Assembly (NCBI GenBank): GCA_031366795.1
Contig: JANLOX010000187.1
Coordinates: 1-16,727, forward strand
Direction of reading: 5' to 3'
From: Candidatus Eiseniibacteriota bacterium
Lineage (GTDB): Bacteria; Eisenbacteria; RBG-16-71-46
DNA length: 16,727 bases
Shown: positions 1 through 8,668 of the stretch, in pieces
Numbering within the stretch: position 1 is the stretch's first letter
Layout: the number at the start of each line of letters is the position of its first letter
Program-made: the position numbers and the translations under genes
Notes under the pieces: model-generated
The model's database searches: none
What the model was told of the DNA's origin: nothing
The model's input: the letters and a program-made list of their open reading frames with translations, nothing else

Positions 1-315
1 GCCGAGGGCGCCAATGGGCCCACGACGCCGGACGCCGACAAGCTGCTGGACGGCCACGGCATCTTCGTGATCCCCGACATCCTCTGCAATTCCGGCGGCG
101 TCACGGTGTCGTACTTCGAGTGGGTGCAGAACCGCATGGGCTTCTACTGGACCGAGGCCGAGGTCAACCAGCGGCTCGAGCACACCATGGTCCACGCCTT
201 CGCGGATGTGCTGGCCAAGGCGACGGCGCACAAGGTCAGCATGCGGGTCGCTGCCTTCATGGTGGCGATCGAGCGCGTGGTGAAGGTCATCATGCTGCGC
301 GGGGTGTACGCGTAG
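1..315 (+). CDS. gdhA: Glu/Leu/Phe/Val dehydrogenase (glutamate dehydrogenase), C-terminal part, 5'-truncated by the window
   Basis: Frame 1 from base 1 reads [13 protein letters not shown]...[23 protein letters not shown]...[13 protein letters not shown]...RGVYA*. These are the hallmark C-terminal GDH motifs (EGANGPTT, [12 protein letters not shown]). Confidence 0.95.
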   Translation, partial: AEGANGPTTPDADKLLDGHGIFVIPDILCNSGGVTVSYFEWVQNRMGFYWTEAEVNQRLEHTMVHAFADVLAKATAHKVSMRVAAFMVAIERVVKVIMLRGVYA

Positions 316-344
316 GGCTTACGCACGGCACAGCGGGCAATCGC

Positions 345-381
345 AGAGGGCGCCACGACAAGCACGTCGTGGCGCCCTTTC
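345..381 (+). terminator. Intrinsic terminator-like hairpin downstream of gdhA
   Basis: 12-bp perfect stem GGGCGCCACGAC (348-359) / GTCGTGGCGCCC (366-377), 6-nt loop, followed by a short TTT. Confidence 0.7.
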
Positions 382-453
382 GCGTGGGCCCAAGGGTGGC
401 TTGGGATGGCCCGGCCGGCGCTCGAGGCGAGGCTAATCCGAGTACATTCCGGG

Positions 454-493
454 AAAATTAAAACCGCGGCGCCCCTTGTGGGAGCGCCGCGGT
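454..493 (-). terminator. Intrinsic terminator of the outer-membrane protein gene
   Basis: Stem ACCGCGGCGC (463-472) / GCGCCGCGGT (484-493) plus inner CCC/GGG pairs. On the minus strand it is followed by a TTTAATTTT tract, about 20 nt after the stop at 515. Confidence 0.85.
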
Positions 494-514
494 GAACTGC
501 TTTGCAGCTTTGTC

Positions 515-1780
515 TTAGAACGCGTACGTCGCAGTGACCTTCGGGAAGTTCGTCCGCGTGGATCCGCTTCCGATGTAGCCCAGGGTCTGCGGGAAGTACT
601 GGTCGAGCACGGCGTCCAGCTGCAGCGTCGCCAGCTTCACGCCAGCGCCAATCTGCATGCTGAACGGCGACGACGTCACCTTGCTGTTGCCACCGGCGGT
701 CGGCTCAACCTTGACCGTGCGGTAAGCGCCCTTCGTCGCGCCGAAGCGCAGCGTGAGCCAGTTGTTGACGTGCGTCTCGAGCGCTCCGAAGACTTCCGGA
801 GCGATCATTTCCGTCGCCTTGCCGGTCGTCATCTGGAGACCCGTGTTCGGGTCGATGATGTTGAACAACGCCTGCTTCTCTTCAACCTTGTTCGAGGCGA
901 ACGCGACGCCGAGCACGAACAAGTCATTGTTGCCGACCGTCCAGTTGCCCGCAACGCCCGCCTGCCAGCCCTTGAGCGAGTTGTCGAACGACGTCGGACC
1001 CACCGACGACTTCTGGCTCAGGTCGAACGAGTAGTACTTGAACACCGGCACGAGGACGACGTTCGGCTGCCACTGGTAGAACGCACGGCCGGACAACAGG
1101 TACGTACCCTTGCCGTCGCTCTCAGTCTTCGTGGTACCGACCGAGTTCTCGTAGCTGCGGGACTGGTAGAGGAACGAGACATCCGAACGCGTGTTCGCGC
1201 TCATCTCGAAGCTCAAACCGCCGCCGAAGCCCGTGATGTTGCGGCCAAAGTTCTGGCCGCCGGCGGTCGGGTCGAAGGCAAGCTTCGTCTCGACGCCAGG
1301 AGCCAACGGCTCCAACTTATTCTCGTAGTGCGACCGGTTCAGGCGAAGTCCGAGGCTCGTGGTGCCATACTTGCGGCCCCACATGACATCAAACGACTCG
1401 TTCTGGTTGAAGTTCGGGTCGCTGCCATTGCCCAGGCTCGTGCCGCTGTTGTTGCCGCCGGTGCCGAGTCCAGGGGTCTCTTCACGCAGGTTGACGCCCC
1501 ACGTGCCCAACTTGCCATCGAACAGGTTCTGCAGCACCGCGCCCATGGCACGATCGCCAGGGTGAGCGCCGGTCGCGGTCGAGCCGCTGGCGTTGCCCAG
1601 CTCGCCATAGACGAGGTTGCCCACGCCCGTGATGCACGAGGGGTAGGAGTAGATACCGGTGTAGTCCTTGATGTAGTCCCCGGGGATGGCCATACCCTCA
1701 ACACGAGAGGTCTGGGCAAGGGCGAGGGTCGGCAGGGCCAACAGTGCGGCCACCACCAGTACTACGCGACGGATACTCAT
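515..1780 (-). CDS. Outer-membrane beta-barrel protein (putative porin / major OMP), 421 aa
   Basis: N-terminal signal peptide (MSIRRVVLVVAALLALPTLALA-Q), alternating amphipathic G/Y/F/W-rich strands, C-terminal BAM-type beta signal (KVTATYAF), strong RBS AAGGAGG (1789-1795), own terminator. Confidence 0.8.
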   Translation of the reverse strand: MSIRRVVLVVAALLALPTLALAQTSRVEGMAIPGDYIKDYTGIYSYPSCITGVGNLVYGELGNASGSTATGAHPGDRAMGAVLQNLFDGKLGTWGVNLREETPGLGTGGNNSGTSLGNGSDPNFNQNESFDVMWGRKYGTTSLGLRLNRSHYENKLEPLAPGVETKLAFDPTAGGQNFGRNITGFGGGLSFEMSANTRSDVSFLYQSRSYENSVGTTKTESDGKGTYLLSGRAFYQWQPNVVLVPVFKYYSFDLSQKSSVGPTSFDNSLKGWQAGVAGNWTVGNNDLFVLGVAFASNKVEEKQALFNIIDPNTGLQMTTGKATEMIAPEVFGALETHVNNWLTLRFGATKGAYRTVKVEPTAGGNSKVTSSPFSMQIGAGVKLATLQLDAVLDQYFPQTLGYIGSGSTRTNFPKVTATYAF

Positions 1781-2034
1781 GCGAAAAGCCTCCTTGGCTA
1801 CGAATGGTTTTGAGGTAAAGGCTGAGTGTTGCCACGATGGGAATCAAGCCAGATTCGTGGCCTGGGTACCACAACGCGGTTTAGGTCTCGAGCCCCACCT
1901 CCTCTCAAAGCCGTCTTCGGTTAGTTGCTTTGCTGTTCAGGGATTCCGATCGCATCCTTGCGAGGAACACCTGCCTAAAACAATGCCGGGATTGGGACCC
2001 TCCGGATCTGGCCTCCCAGCGAACGTCGGGGCGG

Positions 2035-2064
2035 ACCATAGGGAAGCCCCAGAAGCCTTGTCAA
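2035..2064 (-). promoter_or_regulatory. sigma70-type promoter for the OMP gene
   Basis: Minus strand: TTGACA (2064-2059), 18-nt spacer, TATGGT (2040-2035). Implies a TSS near 2028 and a leader of about 250 nt. Confidence 0.65.
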
Positions 2065-2075
2065 GCTGGTTCCAG

Positions 2076-2921
2076 CTATTTTGGTCGTGTAGACGATTTC
2101 TTCAGGGTGTCGAGTTTGGTTCTGCCAAACGCCTTCAATTGTAGCGCCAATGGCATGTCGTGGAACGGATTGGAGGGATCCATGGAGTTGACACGCACTA
2201 CCCCGCTGGCGTGCACAAAGTAGCCGTCGCCGAGCACCAGACCCACATGTTCCATCCGTGTGCCGCCCCGCGCGAAGAACACGAGGTCGCCCAGCTGCAA
2301 TTCGTTGGGGTCCAGCGAGCGCTTCGTGGCGAGGTATTGATCGTGCGCATCGCGTGGTAACACAACACCCTGCTCGGCCAATAATTGTTGTACGAGACCC
2401 GAGCAATCGAAGCCGTGCGGCGTGCGTCCTCCCCAGTGATAGGGAGTGCCGAGCAACTGCTCGATGCGATCGAGCAAGCCGGTGCGCGAGCCGCGCGTCT
2501 CGAGGACTTCCGCGTCCACCCAGCCGCGCCGGCCATCGGGCAATTCCACGCCGCGGCGGGTTCCGGACTTGCGACCCGGGATGACCCGGCCGTTCCAGAA
2601 CAACGGCGACAGGATGCGCGGCCCCGTAGGAGCCGCGAATACATGGGAAAAGGGCACCGCAACGCGGCCCCTGGCCAGCGCCAGCCAACGCCGCGTGCGG
2701 GCGCGTGTGGCGCGCCGGATTCCGTAGGCGCGCACCCAACCACCGTAGCCATCGCCCTCGTTCTCCACGCGCAGCCACTGTGCGTCGACGTCGCTCTCGA
2801 GGACGCGAACGACCTCGCCCAGCAGCAGCTGGCTCGTGAGCTCGGCGGAATGCTCGGGGTGGCGTCGCACATCGAGCGCTGCGAGCACAACGACGCCGTG
2901 GTTCTCCTTGGAGGCGATCAC
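2076..2921 (-). CDS. SH3-domain NlpC/P60 (C40) cysteine peptidase, YkfC/dipeptidyl-peptidase VI-like, about 281 aa
   Basis: Catalytic motifs GTPYHWGGRTPHGFDCSG and HVGLVLGDGYFVHAS; N-terminal SH3b-like segment (SQLLLGEVVRVLE...WLRV...DGYGGWV). Start reassigned from the ORF track's 3227 to GTG 2921, which overlaps the upstream TAG and has GGAGG 6 nt upstream. Confidence 0.9.
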   Translation of the reverse strand: MIASKENHGVVVLAALDVRRHPEHSAELTSQLLLGEVVRVLESDVDAQWLRVENEGDGYGGWVRAYGIRRATRARTRRWLALARGRVAVPFSHVFAAPTGPRILSPLFWNGRVIPGRKSGTRRGVELPDGRRGWVDAEVLETRGSRTGLLDRIEQLLGTPYHWGGRTPHGFDCSGLVQQLLAEQGVVLPRDAHDQYLATKRSLDPNELQLGDLVFFARGGTRMEHVGLVLGDGYFVHASGVVRVNSMDPSNPFHDMPLALQLKAFGRTKLDTLKKSSTRPK

Positions 2922-4216
2922 TATTCGCCTCCCGGTCCGATCAGTTCGTAGCGGCCAAAGCCCTGGCGATCGGTGAACACGAACTGGCGCGCCGGGCGGT
3001 TGTAGATCCAGATCTCGACGGGCGGCGACTGGATGGTCGCCACCCGCGATTCGATCTGGTCGGGCGGGCCGAACTTGATGTAGATCCGCCCCATGTCCGA
3101 ACGCCAACCGGGTCCAAAGTGCTGGAAATGCTGGTCGGCGTAGCGCACGCGGCGCAGGAACTCGATCAGCGCCTCGTTGCGCGCGGTGTCCGGCGTGGGA
3201 TCGCGGCGCTTCCAGAACGCCTCCCACGCCGCGGCCTGCGTGGCGTCGGTGGCGTGCGACAGCTCATCCAGCTCCTTGCCCTCGGCGATGTAGGCGATCG
3301 GCTCGAGCATGCGGCGGTAGTCCTGGCCGCGCGGCGGGCCGCTCTCCTCCACCTCGAAGGTGCGTTCGTTGCGCCAGTGCGAACGGCCATCGTCCAGCTC
3401 GAGGCTGAGCGTGTACTTGCCCACGAACCAACCGGCAGAGTCAGGCCGCACCAGCACGGTTCCGCCCGTGCGCTCCAACCCCACCGTGCGGTCGCCGTGG
3501 ACGACTTCCTGCCCGGTCTCATCCAGCACGCGGTAGCGCAGCGAGTAGCTGCGCGGCCAGTTGCCGGCGCGGCGGTCGATGATGCCCACGCGCGCGGCCA
3601 AGTGGTCGCTGTCGTAGCCGAACACGCGGGCGGTGTTGGGCTGGAAGGCGCCACTCGCGCCCATGGTGCCCAGCTCGAGCTCAGCCAGCGCCAGCGGCAC
3701 CTTGCTGTAGTCGGGCACTTCGAGCGCCTCGCCGACCCTCGACTCCATCTCGGAATTGAGGTCACGCAGCCGCACGCGCAGCCGGTAACGGCCGGGCGGC
3801 ACCCGAAACGTGCGGCGCTCGAGGATGGTCGATGCGCGGACGGTGGTCTGGTCGAAGGTGCTGAGGCGCAATTGCCGCTGCCATGTGTCCCCATATTGCG
3901 TGTTGCCCTTGACAGGTTCGAACACCGCGAGCACCTCGAAGCGCGCGGCGAAGCCGTCCGGGGTCTTCAGCCACTGTAGGTCCGGGTAGGCCAGCGTCAC
4001 GCTCACGGCCAGGCCGGGCGTGCCATCCGGGTCCACGGCCACGGCCACATCCGCATCGAAGGCGGGTGCCCCATCGGAGCGCATGGAGGGCAGGTCGAGG
4101 GCCGCCCCGGCCGAGGGCAGGGCCACCCCTACGGCGACGAGCGCAACCAGCAGGCACAAGCCCCTCAGCAGTGCGAGAAGCGTGGCGACGGGCGTCAAAG
4201 GTAAGCGCAGGTTCAC
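2921..4216 (-). CDS. GWxTD domain-containing secreted protein
   Basis: C-terminal AFWKRRDPTPDTARNEALIEFLRRVRYADQHF...GWRSDMGRIYIKFGPPD matches the GWxTD family signature. Hydrophobic signal-like N-terminus. Start uncertain (GTG 4216 chosen; 4228 or TTG 4198 possible). Confidence 0.85.
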   Translation of the reverse strand: MNLRLPLTPVATLLALLRGLCLLVALVAVGVALPSAGAALDLPSMRSDGAPAFDADVAVAVDPDGTPGLAVSVTLAYPDLQWLKTPDGFAARFEVLAVFEPVKGNTQYGDTWQRQLRLSTFDQTTVRASTILERRTFRVPPGRYRLRVRLRDLNSEMESRVGEALEVPDYSKVPLALAELELGTMGASGAFQPNTARVFGYDSDHLAARVGIIDRRAGNWPRSYSLRYRVLDETGQEVVHGDRTVGLERTGGTVLVRPDSAGWFVGKYTLSLELDDGRSHWRNERTFEVEESGPPRGQDYRRMLEPIAYIAEGKELDELSHATDATQAAAWEAFWKRRDPTPDTARNEALIEFLRRVRYADQHFQHFGPGWRSDMGRIYIKFGPPDQIESRVATIQSPPVEIWIYNRPARQFVFTDRQGFGRYELIGPGGE

Positions 4217-4226
4217 GATCGGCGGC

Positions 4227-4235
4227 ACGCTAGCA
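4227..4235 (-). promoter_or_regulatory. Candidate extended -10 promoter for the GWxTD-NlpC/P60 operon
   Basis: Minus strand TG-C-TAGCGT about 10 nt before GTG 4216, with no SD visible, which suggests a near-leaderless transcript. No good -35. Confidence 0.35.
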
Positions 4236-4366
4236 CACCGCGAATCCGACAGCACGCGGCCGCATCGGCAAGGCTCTTGGGCCGCGCGGGCTTGGGCGGG
4301 CGGCGCCGCCGTGGCCCCGCAGGACCCGCGGTCGCAATAATCCCTAGGCGCGGAAGGGTAAAGCGG

Positions 4367-4402
4367 TGCTAGATTGGACAGCGCCTGGCCGGGCGCTAGT
4401 GT
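4367..4402 (+). promoter_or_regulatory. Candidate sigma70 promoter(s) for the M6 protease gene
   Basis: TG-C-TAGATT extended -10 (4367-4375), and TTGGAC (4374-4379) with a 17-nt spacer to TAGTGT (4397-4402), upstream of ATG 4427. Confidence 0.35.
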
Positions 4403-4426
4403 GCGACACCGGGGTAACTCACGGGC

Positions 4427-7246
4427 ATGACCCAATCGATTCGCCAAGACAGCATCACGATTCCCTGCCTCGCAGGGCTGTTGTTCTTAGGCGCGCTCGC
4501 CTCCCCGGCCTCGGCCACTATGCCTCCGCTGTCCGGCGCGGCCCCTCCCGGTCTGGTTCAGGCGGTCCAGGATGGCCTGTTCAAGGTCGACCCACCCGCC
4601 CACGGCCTGCGCACCCAGACCTCGAACGCCTGGCGCATCCCGGTGATGCTGGTGAGCTTCGCCGACGACTCCATTCGCTACAGTCCGGCCCAGTTCGAGC
4701 GATTGATGTTCGACACCACGCACGCGATTCCCACCGGCTCGGTCGCCGAGTATTGGCGCTGGGCCTCGGGAGGCAGGATCCAACTGAGCGGCCGGGTGGT
4801 GGCCTCAGTGAGGCTGCCGCAGACCCACGCCTACTACGCCGCCAACAATGGTGGCTTCACCGCGACCGGCACGCCGCGCAACGACTTTGGCCTGATGCAG
4901 GACGCCCTTCGGCTAGGCGAGGCTTCGGTGAACTGGCTGGACTACGATTCGAACTTCGATGGCTTCGTCGACATGTTGTGGATCGTGCACGCCGGGGTCG
5001 GTGGCGAGGGCGGCGACCCCAACAAGCTGTGGTCGGTTACCTCGCACATGACGCGAAGCTGGAGCGGGGCGGGCGCGTACCCGACCAGCACCATCGTGCC
5101 CGGCACCCTGACGCGGCAGGTGCTGGTCGATCGCTTCACCGTGCTGCCCGAGTTGTCGTTGTTCCATCCGGGGCAGCTGTCGGAGATCGGGGTGTTCGCG
5201 CACGAGTTCGGCCACACGCTTGGCCTGCCCGATCTCTACAATGTGGTGGATTCCCACAACACGGGCCCGGGCAACTGGTCCTTGATGTCGAGCGGCGCCT
5301 ACGGCGGCGATGGCCACTCGCCCGAATACCCGACCCACCCCGGCGCCTGGCCCATGCACTTTTTCGGTTGGGACCACCTGACGCGGCCGCAGCGTGACAC
5401 GACGCTGGTCCTGGCCCCGATGGAAGTCACGCCGGATGTACTCGATGTCTGGTACCAGGGAGTGAAATCGCCCGAGCATTTCCTGGTCGAGAACCGCCGC
5501 CGCGTCGACTACGATCGCAACCTCCCCGGCGAGGGCCTGATCGTCTACCACCTCGACGAATCCATCATCGACTACTGGCTCGAGAACAACCGTATCAATG
5601 CCAACGAGGAACCCGGTCTGCAGTTGGTCGAAGGCGACGGCGACGGCGACCTGTGGCTCGGGCGCAATCGCGGCGACGCGAACGACCCCCTGCCGGGCAA
5701 CCTGAATGTGCGCCGCCTCGATGATTCGACGATTCCATCGCTGCGGACCTTCGCGGGCCTGCTCACCAATGTCGCGCTCGGGGACATTTCACCCGAGGGA
5801 CTCAACACTCGCCTGAGCGTTCGCGTCCGGCCACTGGGGTGGTTGCCCGCCATCGATTGCGCCGCCCCGAACTTCGATCCCGTCTCGTTCCGCACCCCGG
5901 CCCGTGTGGCCGCGCGACATTCCAGCGGTGAGGAATCGATCGTGATGAGCGAGTACGTCAACGGACATCCTCAGATCGTGCTGCACAGCAGCACCGACTG
6001 GACCCGGACGGTGCAATTGAGCCAATCGACAGGGGCCGCCCTCGATCCCGCTCTGGCCTTGTTGCCCAACGGGGACCTCGGCGTGGTGTGGAGCGATACA
6101 CGCCATGGGCGCAACGAGATCTACTTCCGCTCACGCATTCTCAACCACTGGTCGGATGAACGCCTGCTCGTTTCGCTCAGCGGCAGTTGCCGCACCCCGG
6201 CACTCGCCGCCGACGCTCGCGGCGGCATGTACATGGTGTTCCAGTACCAGAGCGGTGATTCGCTGCAGCTCAAGTTCGAGCGCTTCCACTATGCCTGGCC
6301 CGTCGGCCAGCCGGTCACCGTGATCGCCTCGCAATTGCGTCCCGAGAACCCCGCGATCCTCGCCTCGGCGGATGGACATTGTTATCTGTTGTGGCAGGAT
6401 CGTCGGCCCGCCGGAATGGTGTGGTTCGCCACGTTCCATCCCGATTCCGGTGTGCGATCCATCCAACCCCTGGCCGACGACAGCCAGGGTGCCACCTCCT
6501 ATGCGGCGACACTCGATTCTTCCGGCGCGCTCTACGTCCTGTGGCACCAGAGTGGACCGCAGTTGAACGAACTGATCCTCCAGACCCGCGGCGGCTTCGC
6601 GGGCCCGCTCGTCCAGGAGGAATCGTTCGAAACCTTGAACCTGCCGCTCGAGACCATGACGCTGGAGGTCGATGCCCAACGCGCGCTCCACGTGGCCTAT
6701 GCCCTTGTCGGATCCACGGGGCTCCAGCTTCGCTACCGGCACAAAGGAGCAGGTGAGCCGTGGGACGTGGCGAGCACGGACCTGTCGTTCCCTTCGGGCG
6801 ATGTCGGCGGCCAGCCGATCCTGTTGCCGCGCCGCGATGGCAATGTCGACATCGTCTACACGGGCGGCGTCGCGCAGCAAGCGCGGTTCATGCTGCGCCG
6901 CCGCGTCGTGGCGCCGGAGCGCCTGACAGATGTGAGCGCCGCGCCGCCGGTGGCCACGCTCACCGCGTTGTGGCTCGCGCCCAATCCGATCAACGCTGGA
7001 ACACCGTTCATCGCGCGCATCGGCTCGCTCGGCGCGCGCACCGGAGCGCTCGGCACGCAGACCACCGCGACGCTCGATGTGTTCGACATCTCCGGACGCC
7101 GGATGGTGTCGGTGCCCATGCTGCATGACCGCGCGAGTTGGACCGCCGCGGTGCCGCCTGGCTCCTCGCGCCAGTGGCCCGGAGGCGTCTACTTCGCGCG
7201 CGTGCGCGACAGCGGCCAGTGGACGCGCATGGTGATCGTTCGCTAG
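4427..7246 (+). CDS. M6 family (immune inhibitor A-like) zinc metalloprotease with beta-rich middle region and T9SS/FlgD-like C-terminal domain, 939 aa
   Basis: Signal peptide then AxA-TMPP; M6 motifs IPVMLVSFAD, DGFVDMLWIVHAGVGGE, GVFAHEFGHTLGLPDLY (HExxH at 5201-5215), WSLMSSG (Met-turn), EHFLVENR, GLIVYHLDE; C-terminal APNP...DVFDISGR...GVYFARV. Confidence 0.92.
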   Translation: MTQSIRQDSITIPCLAGLLFLGALASPASATMPPLSGAAPPGLVQAVQDGLFKVDPPAHGLRTQTSNAWRIPVMLVSFADDSIRYSPAQFERLMFDTTHAIPTGSVAEYWRWASGGRIQLSGRVVASVRLPQTHAYYAANNGGFTATGTPRNDFGLMQDALRLGEASVNWLDYDSNFDGFVDMLWIVHAGVGGEGGDPNKLWSVTSHMTRSWSGAGAYPTSTIVPGTLTRQVLVDRFTVLPELSLFHPGQLSEIGVFAHEFGHTLGLPDLYNVVDSHNTGPGNWSLMSSGAYGGDGHSPEYPTHPGAWPMHFFGWDHLTRPQRDTTLVLAPMEVTPDVLDVWYQGVKSPEHFLVENRRRVDYDRNLPGEGLIVYHLDESIIDYWLENNRINANEEPGLQLVEGDGDGDLWLGRNRGDANDPLPGNLNVRRLDDSTIPSLRTFAGLLTNVALGDISPEGLNTRLSVRVRPLGWLPAIDCAAPNFDPVSFRTPARVAARHSSGEESIVMSEYVNGHPQIVLHSSTDWTRTVQLSQSTGAALDPALALLPNGDLGVVWSDTRHGRNEIYFRSRILNHWSDERLLVSLSGSCRTPALAADARGGMYMVFQYQSGDSLQLKFERFHYAWPVGQPVTVIASQLRPENPAILASADGHCYLLWQDRRPAGMVWFATFHPDSGVRSIQPLADDSQGATSYAATLDSSGALYVLWHQSGPQLNELILQTRGGFAGPLVQEESFETLNLPLETMTLEVDAQRALHVAYALVGSTGLQLRYRHKGAGEPWDVASTDLSFPSGDVGGQPILLPRRDGNVDIVYTGGVAQQARFMLRRRVVAPERLTDVSAAPPVATLTALWLAPNPINAGTPFIARIGSLGARTGALGTQTTATLDVFDISGRRMVSVPMLHDRASWTAAVPPGSSRQWPGGVYFARVRDSGQWTRMVIVR

Positions 7247-7296
7247 TGGGGACCGTCGCCACAAAGCGCAGCCCGGCCGCAGGCGTTCGCGTGCGG

Positions 7297-8463
7297 ATGC
7301 GGCTGCTTTCCGTCGTCGCGGTGTGGGCGGTCGTTGCCACGCTGCCCGCACCTTGTGCTGCCGCGGGCGGATACCGGCACGAGTCGCCGGCAGACTCGAC
7401 AGGCGATGGGGCGCGCGAAACTTCGCCTGCCCCGATGCTCGCCGGCCTGTTGCCATGCACGGATGAGCTCGAAGGGCGCTGGCCGTGGAGCGGCACCTGG
7501 GTCTTCCCCGTCGGGGACAGCCTGCAGTTCGGCAAGGGGTATGGCGATGAGCCTGGGTACCGCGTCAATCGCGGCGTGCTCCGGCGCGCGACCGACGGCG
7601 ACGAACACGCTGGCGCGGACCTGGCGAATGGTAGCGCTGGTGGCAGCGTGCGCGCCGCCGCGAGCGGCGTGGTGGTGGTCGTTGAGCGGAGCAGCAACGG
7701 CGGCTACGGCAGCTATATCGTGCTGGCGCATCATCTCGGGTCTGCGGATGGAGGGCTCGTCTACACCGTGTATTCACACCTGCTCGCGGGATCCATTCGC
7801 GTCGCCGAGGGCGCTGCGGTGAGCGCGGGCGAATATCTCGCGCGCGTCGGCCAGACCGGCCGCGCCACGACACCGCACCTGCACTTCGAGGTGCGCGTGC
7901 CGCAGGACACGACGCTGCGCTGGGAACACTGCGCGGTCGTCGATCCGGTGGCCTTCGTCACCGCGCGCCTGAGCGAAGCGCGCCCCGATACCGATTGGGC
8001 CGCACCCTACCTCGCCTGGGCGGAGTTCGCAGCGCTCATCCCGCCGGGGCTCAAGAGCGCCGATCCTGTGGACACCACATTGTTCAACCATCTCATGCAT
8101 TCACTATGCACTCCTGCTGCGGTCGCGAACGCGTCACGCGCCACGAATCACCCCACACACCTCACCCGCTCGCAACTCGCGGAGTGGAATGCCGTGGCAA
8201 TGGCTCTCACCTCGCTGCGCGCCCGCCACAACCGGTTGGCGCCATGCTCGATCGAGTCCGCCCGGACGGCGCGGCTGAGCGCGGAACATCTCGGCGTGAA
8301 GCGGCCCTCCAAGGAGCTGCCCCGGCTCGCCGGACGAGACAAGCCTCCAACGGTCGGGGAATTGTGCCTGGCACTCGCCGACTTCGCCCGGCCACCCGCG
8401 AAACACCCGAAGTATTCAAAGCATCACGCGCGGACGCCGCGCAATCGGACGCGACGGGACTGA
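7297..8463 (+). CDS. M23 family metallopeptidase (LytM-like) with uncharacterised C-terminal extension
   Basis: HxxxD (HAGAD, 7606-7620), GGYGSYIVLAH, YSHL, VGQTGRATTPHLHFEVR (HxH at 7876). Signal-like N-terminus from ATG 7297. An in-frame GTG at 7246 overlapping the M6 stop is an alternative start. Confidence 0.88.
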   Translation: MRLLSVVAVWAVVATLPAPCAAAGGYRHESPADSTGDGARETSPAPMLAGLLPCTDELEGRWPWSGTWVFPVGDSLQFGKGYGDEPGYRVNRGVLRRATDGDEHAGADLANGSAGGSVRAAASGVVVVVERSSNGGYGSYIVLAHHLGSADGGLVYTVYSHLLAGSIRVAEGAAVSAGEYLARVGQTGRATTPHLHFEVRVPQDTTLRWEHCAVVDPVAFVTARLSEARPDTDWAAPYLAWAEFAALIPPGLKSADPVDTTLFNHLMHSLCTPAAVANASRATNHPTHLTRSQLAEWNAVAMALTSLRARHNRLAPCSIESARTARLSAEHLGVKRPSKELPRLAGRDKPPTVGELCLALADFARPPAKHPKYSKHHARTPRNRTRRD

Positions 8464-8668
8464 GCTGCGAACGCGCCCCTGCATGGCCCTCGGGGCGCGG
8501 GTGATCTTGCGCCCTGCGGTGGCTCTCCCGACGGGCCGGCGCCCCCTACAGACCGCGCCCCCCCGGGCCGATAACGGCTAGGGACCCGTGCCGCGGGGAG
8601 CGTCCATCGACTGGGCGTGTCCGCTGCTGCCACGAGAGGTCCCAGAGGCCGTCAACGGAAGGCGAGAC

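Noticed and set aside
1677..1686. Fifth copy of the TCCCCGGGGA core
   Set aside because: Lies in the OMP coding sequence (IPGD codons) and the symmetry does not extend beyond 10 bp; likely chance in GC-rich DNA.
476..1813. 445-aa plus-strand ORF
   Set aside because: Antisense shadow of the OMP gene, Arg-rich with no recognisable motifs. The minus-strand gene has the RBS, signal peptide and terminator.
1973..1988. sigma54 promoter upstream of the OMP gene
   Set aside because: Minus-strand CGGCATTGTTTTAGGC has GG and GC separated by 11 nt rather than the required 10.
8472..8499. Hairpin after the M23 gene as an intrinsic terminator
   Set aside because: 8-bp GC stem with a 12-nt loop but no U-tract on either strand; not enough support.
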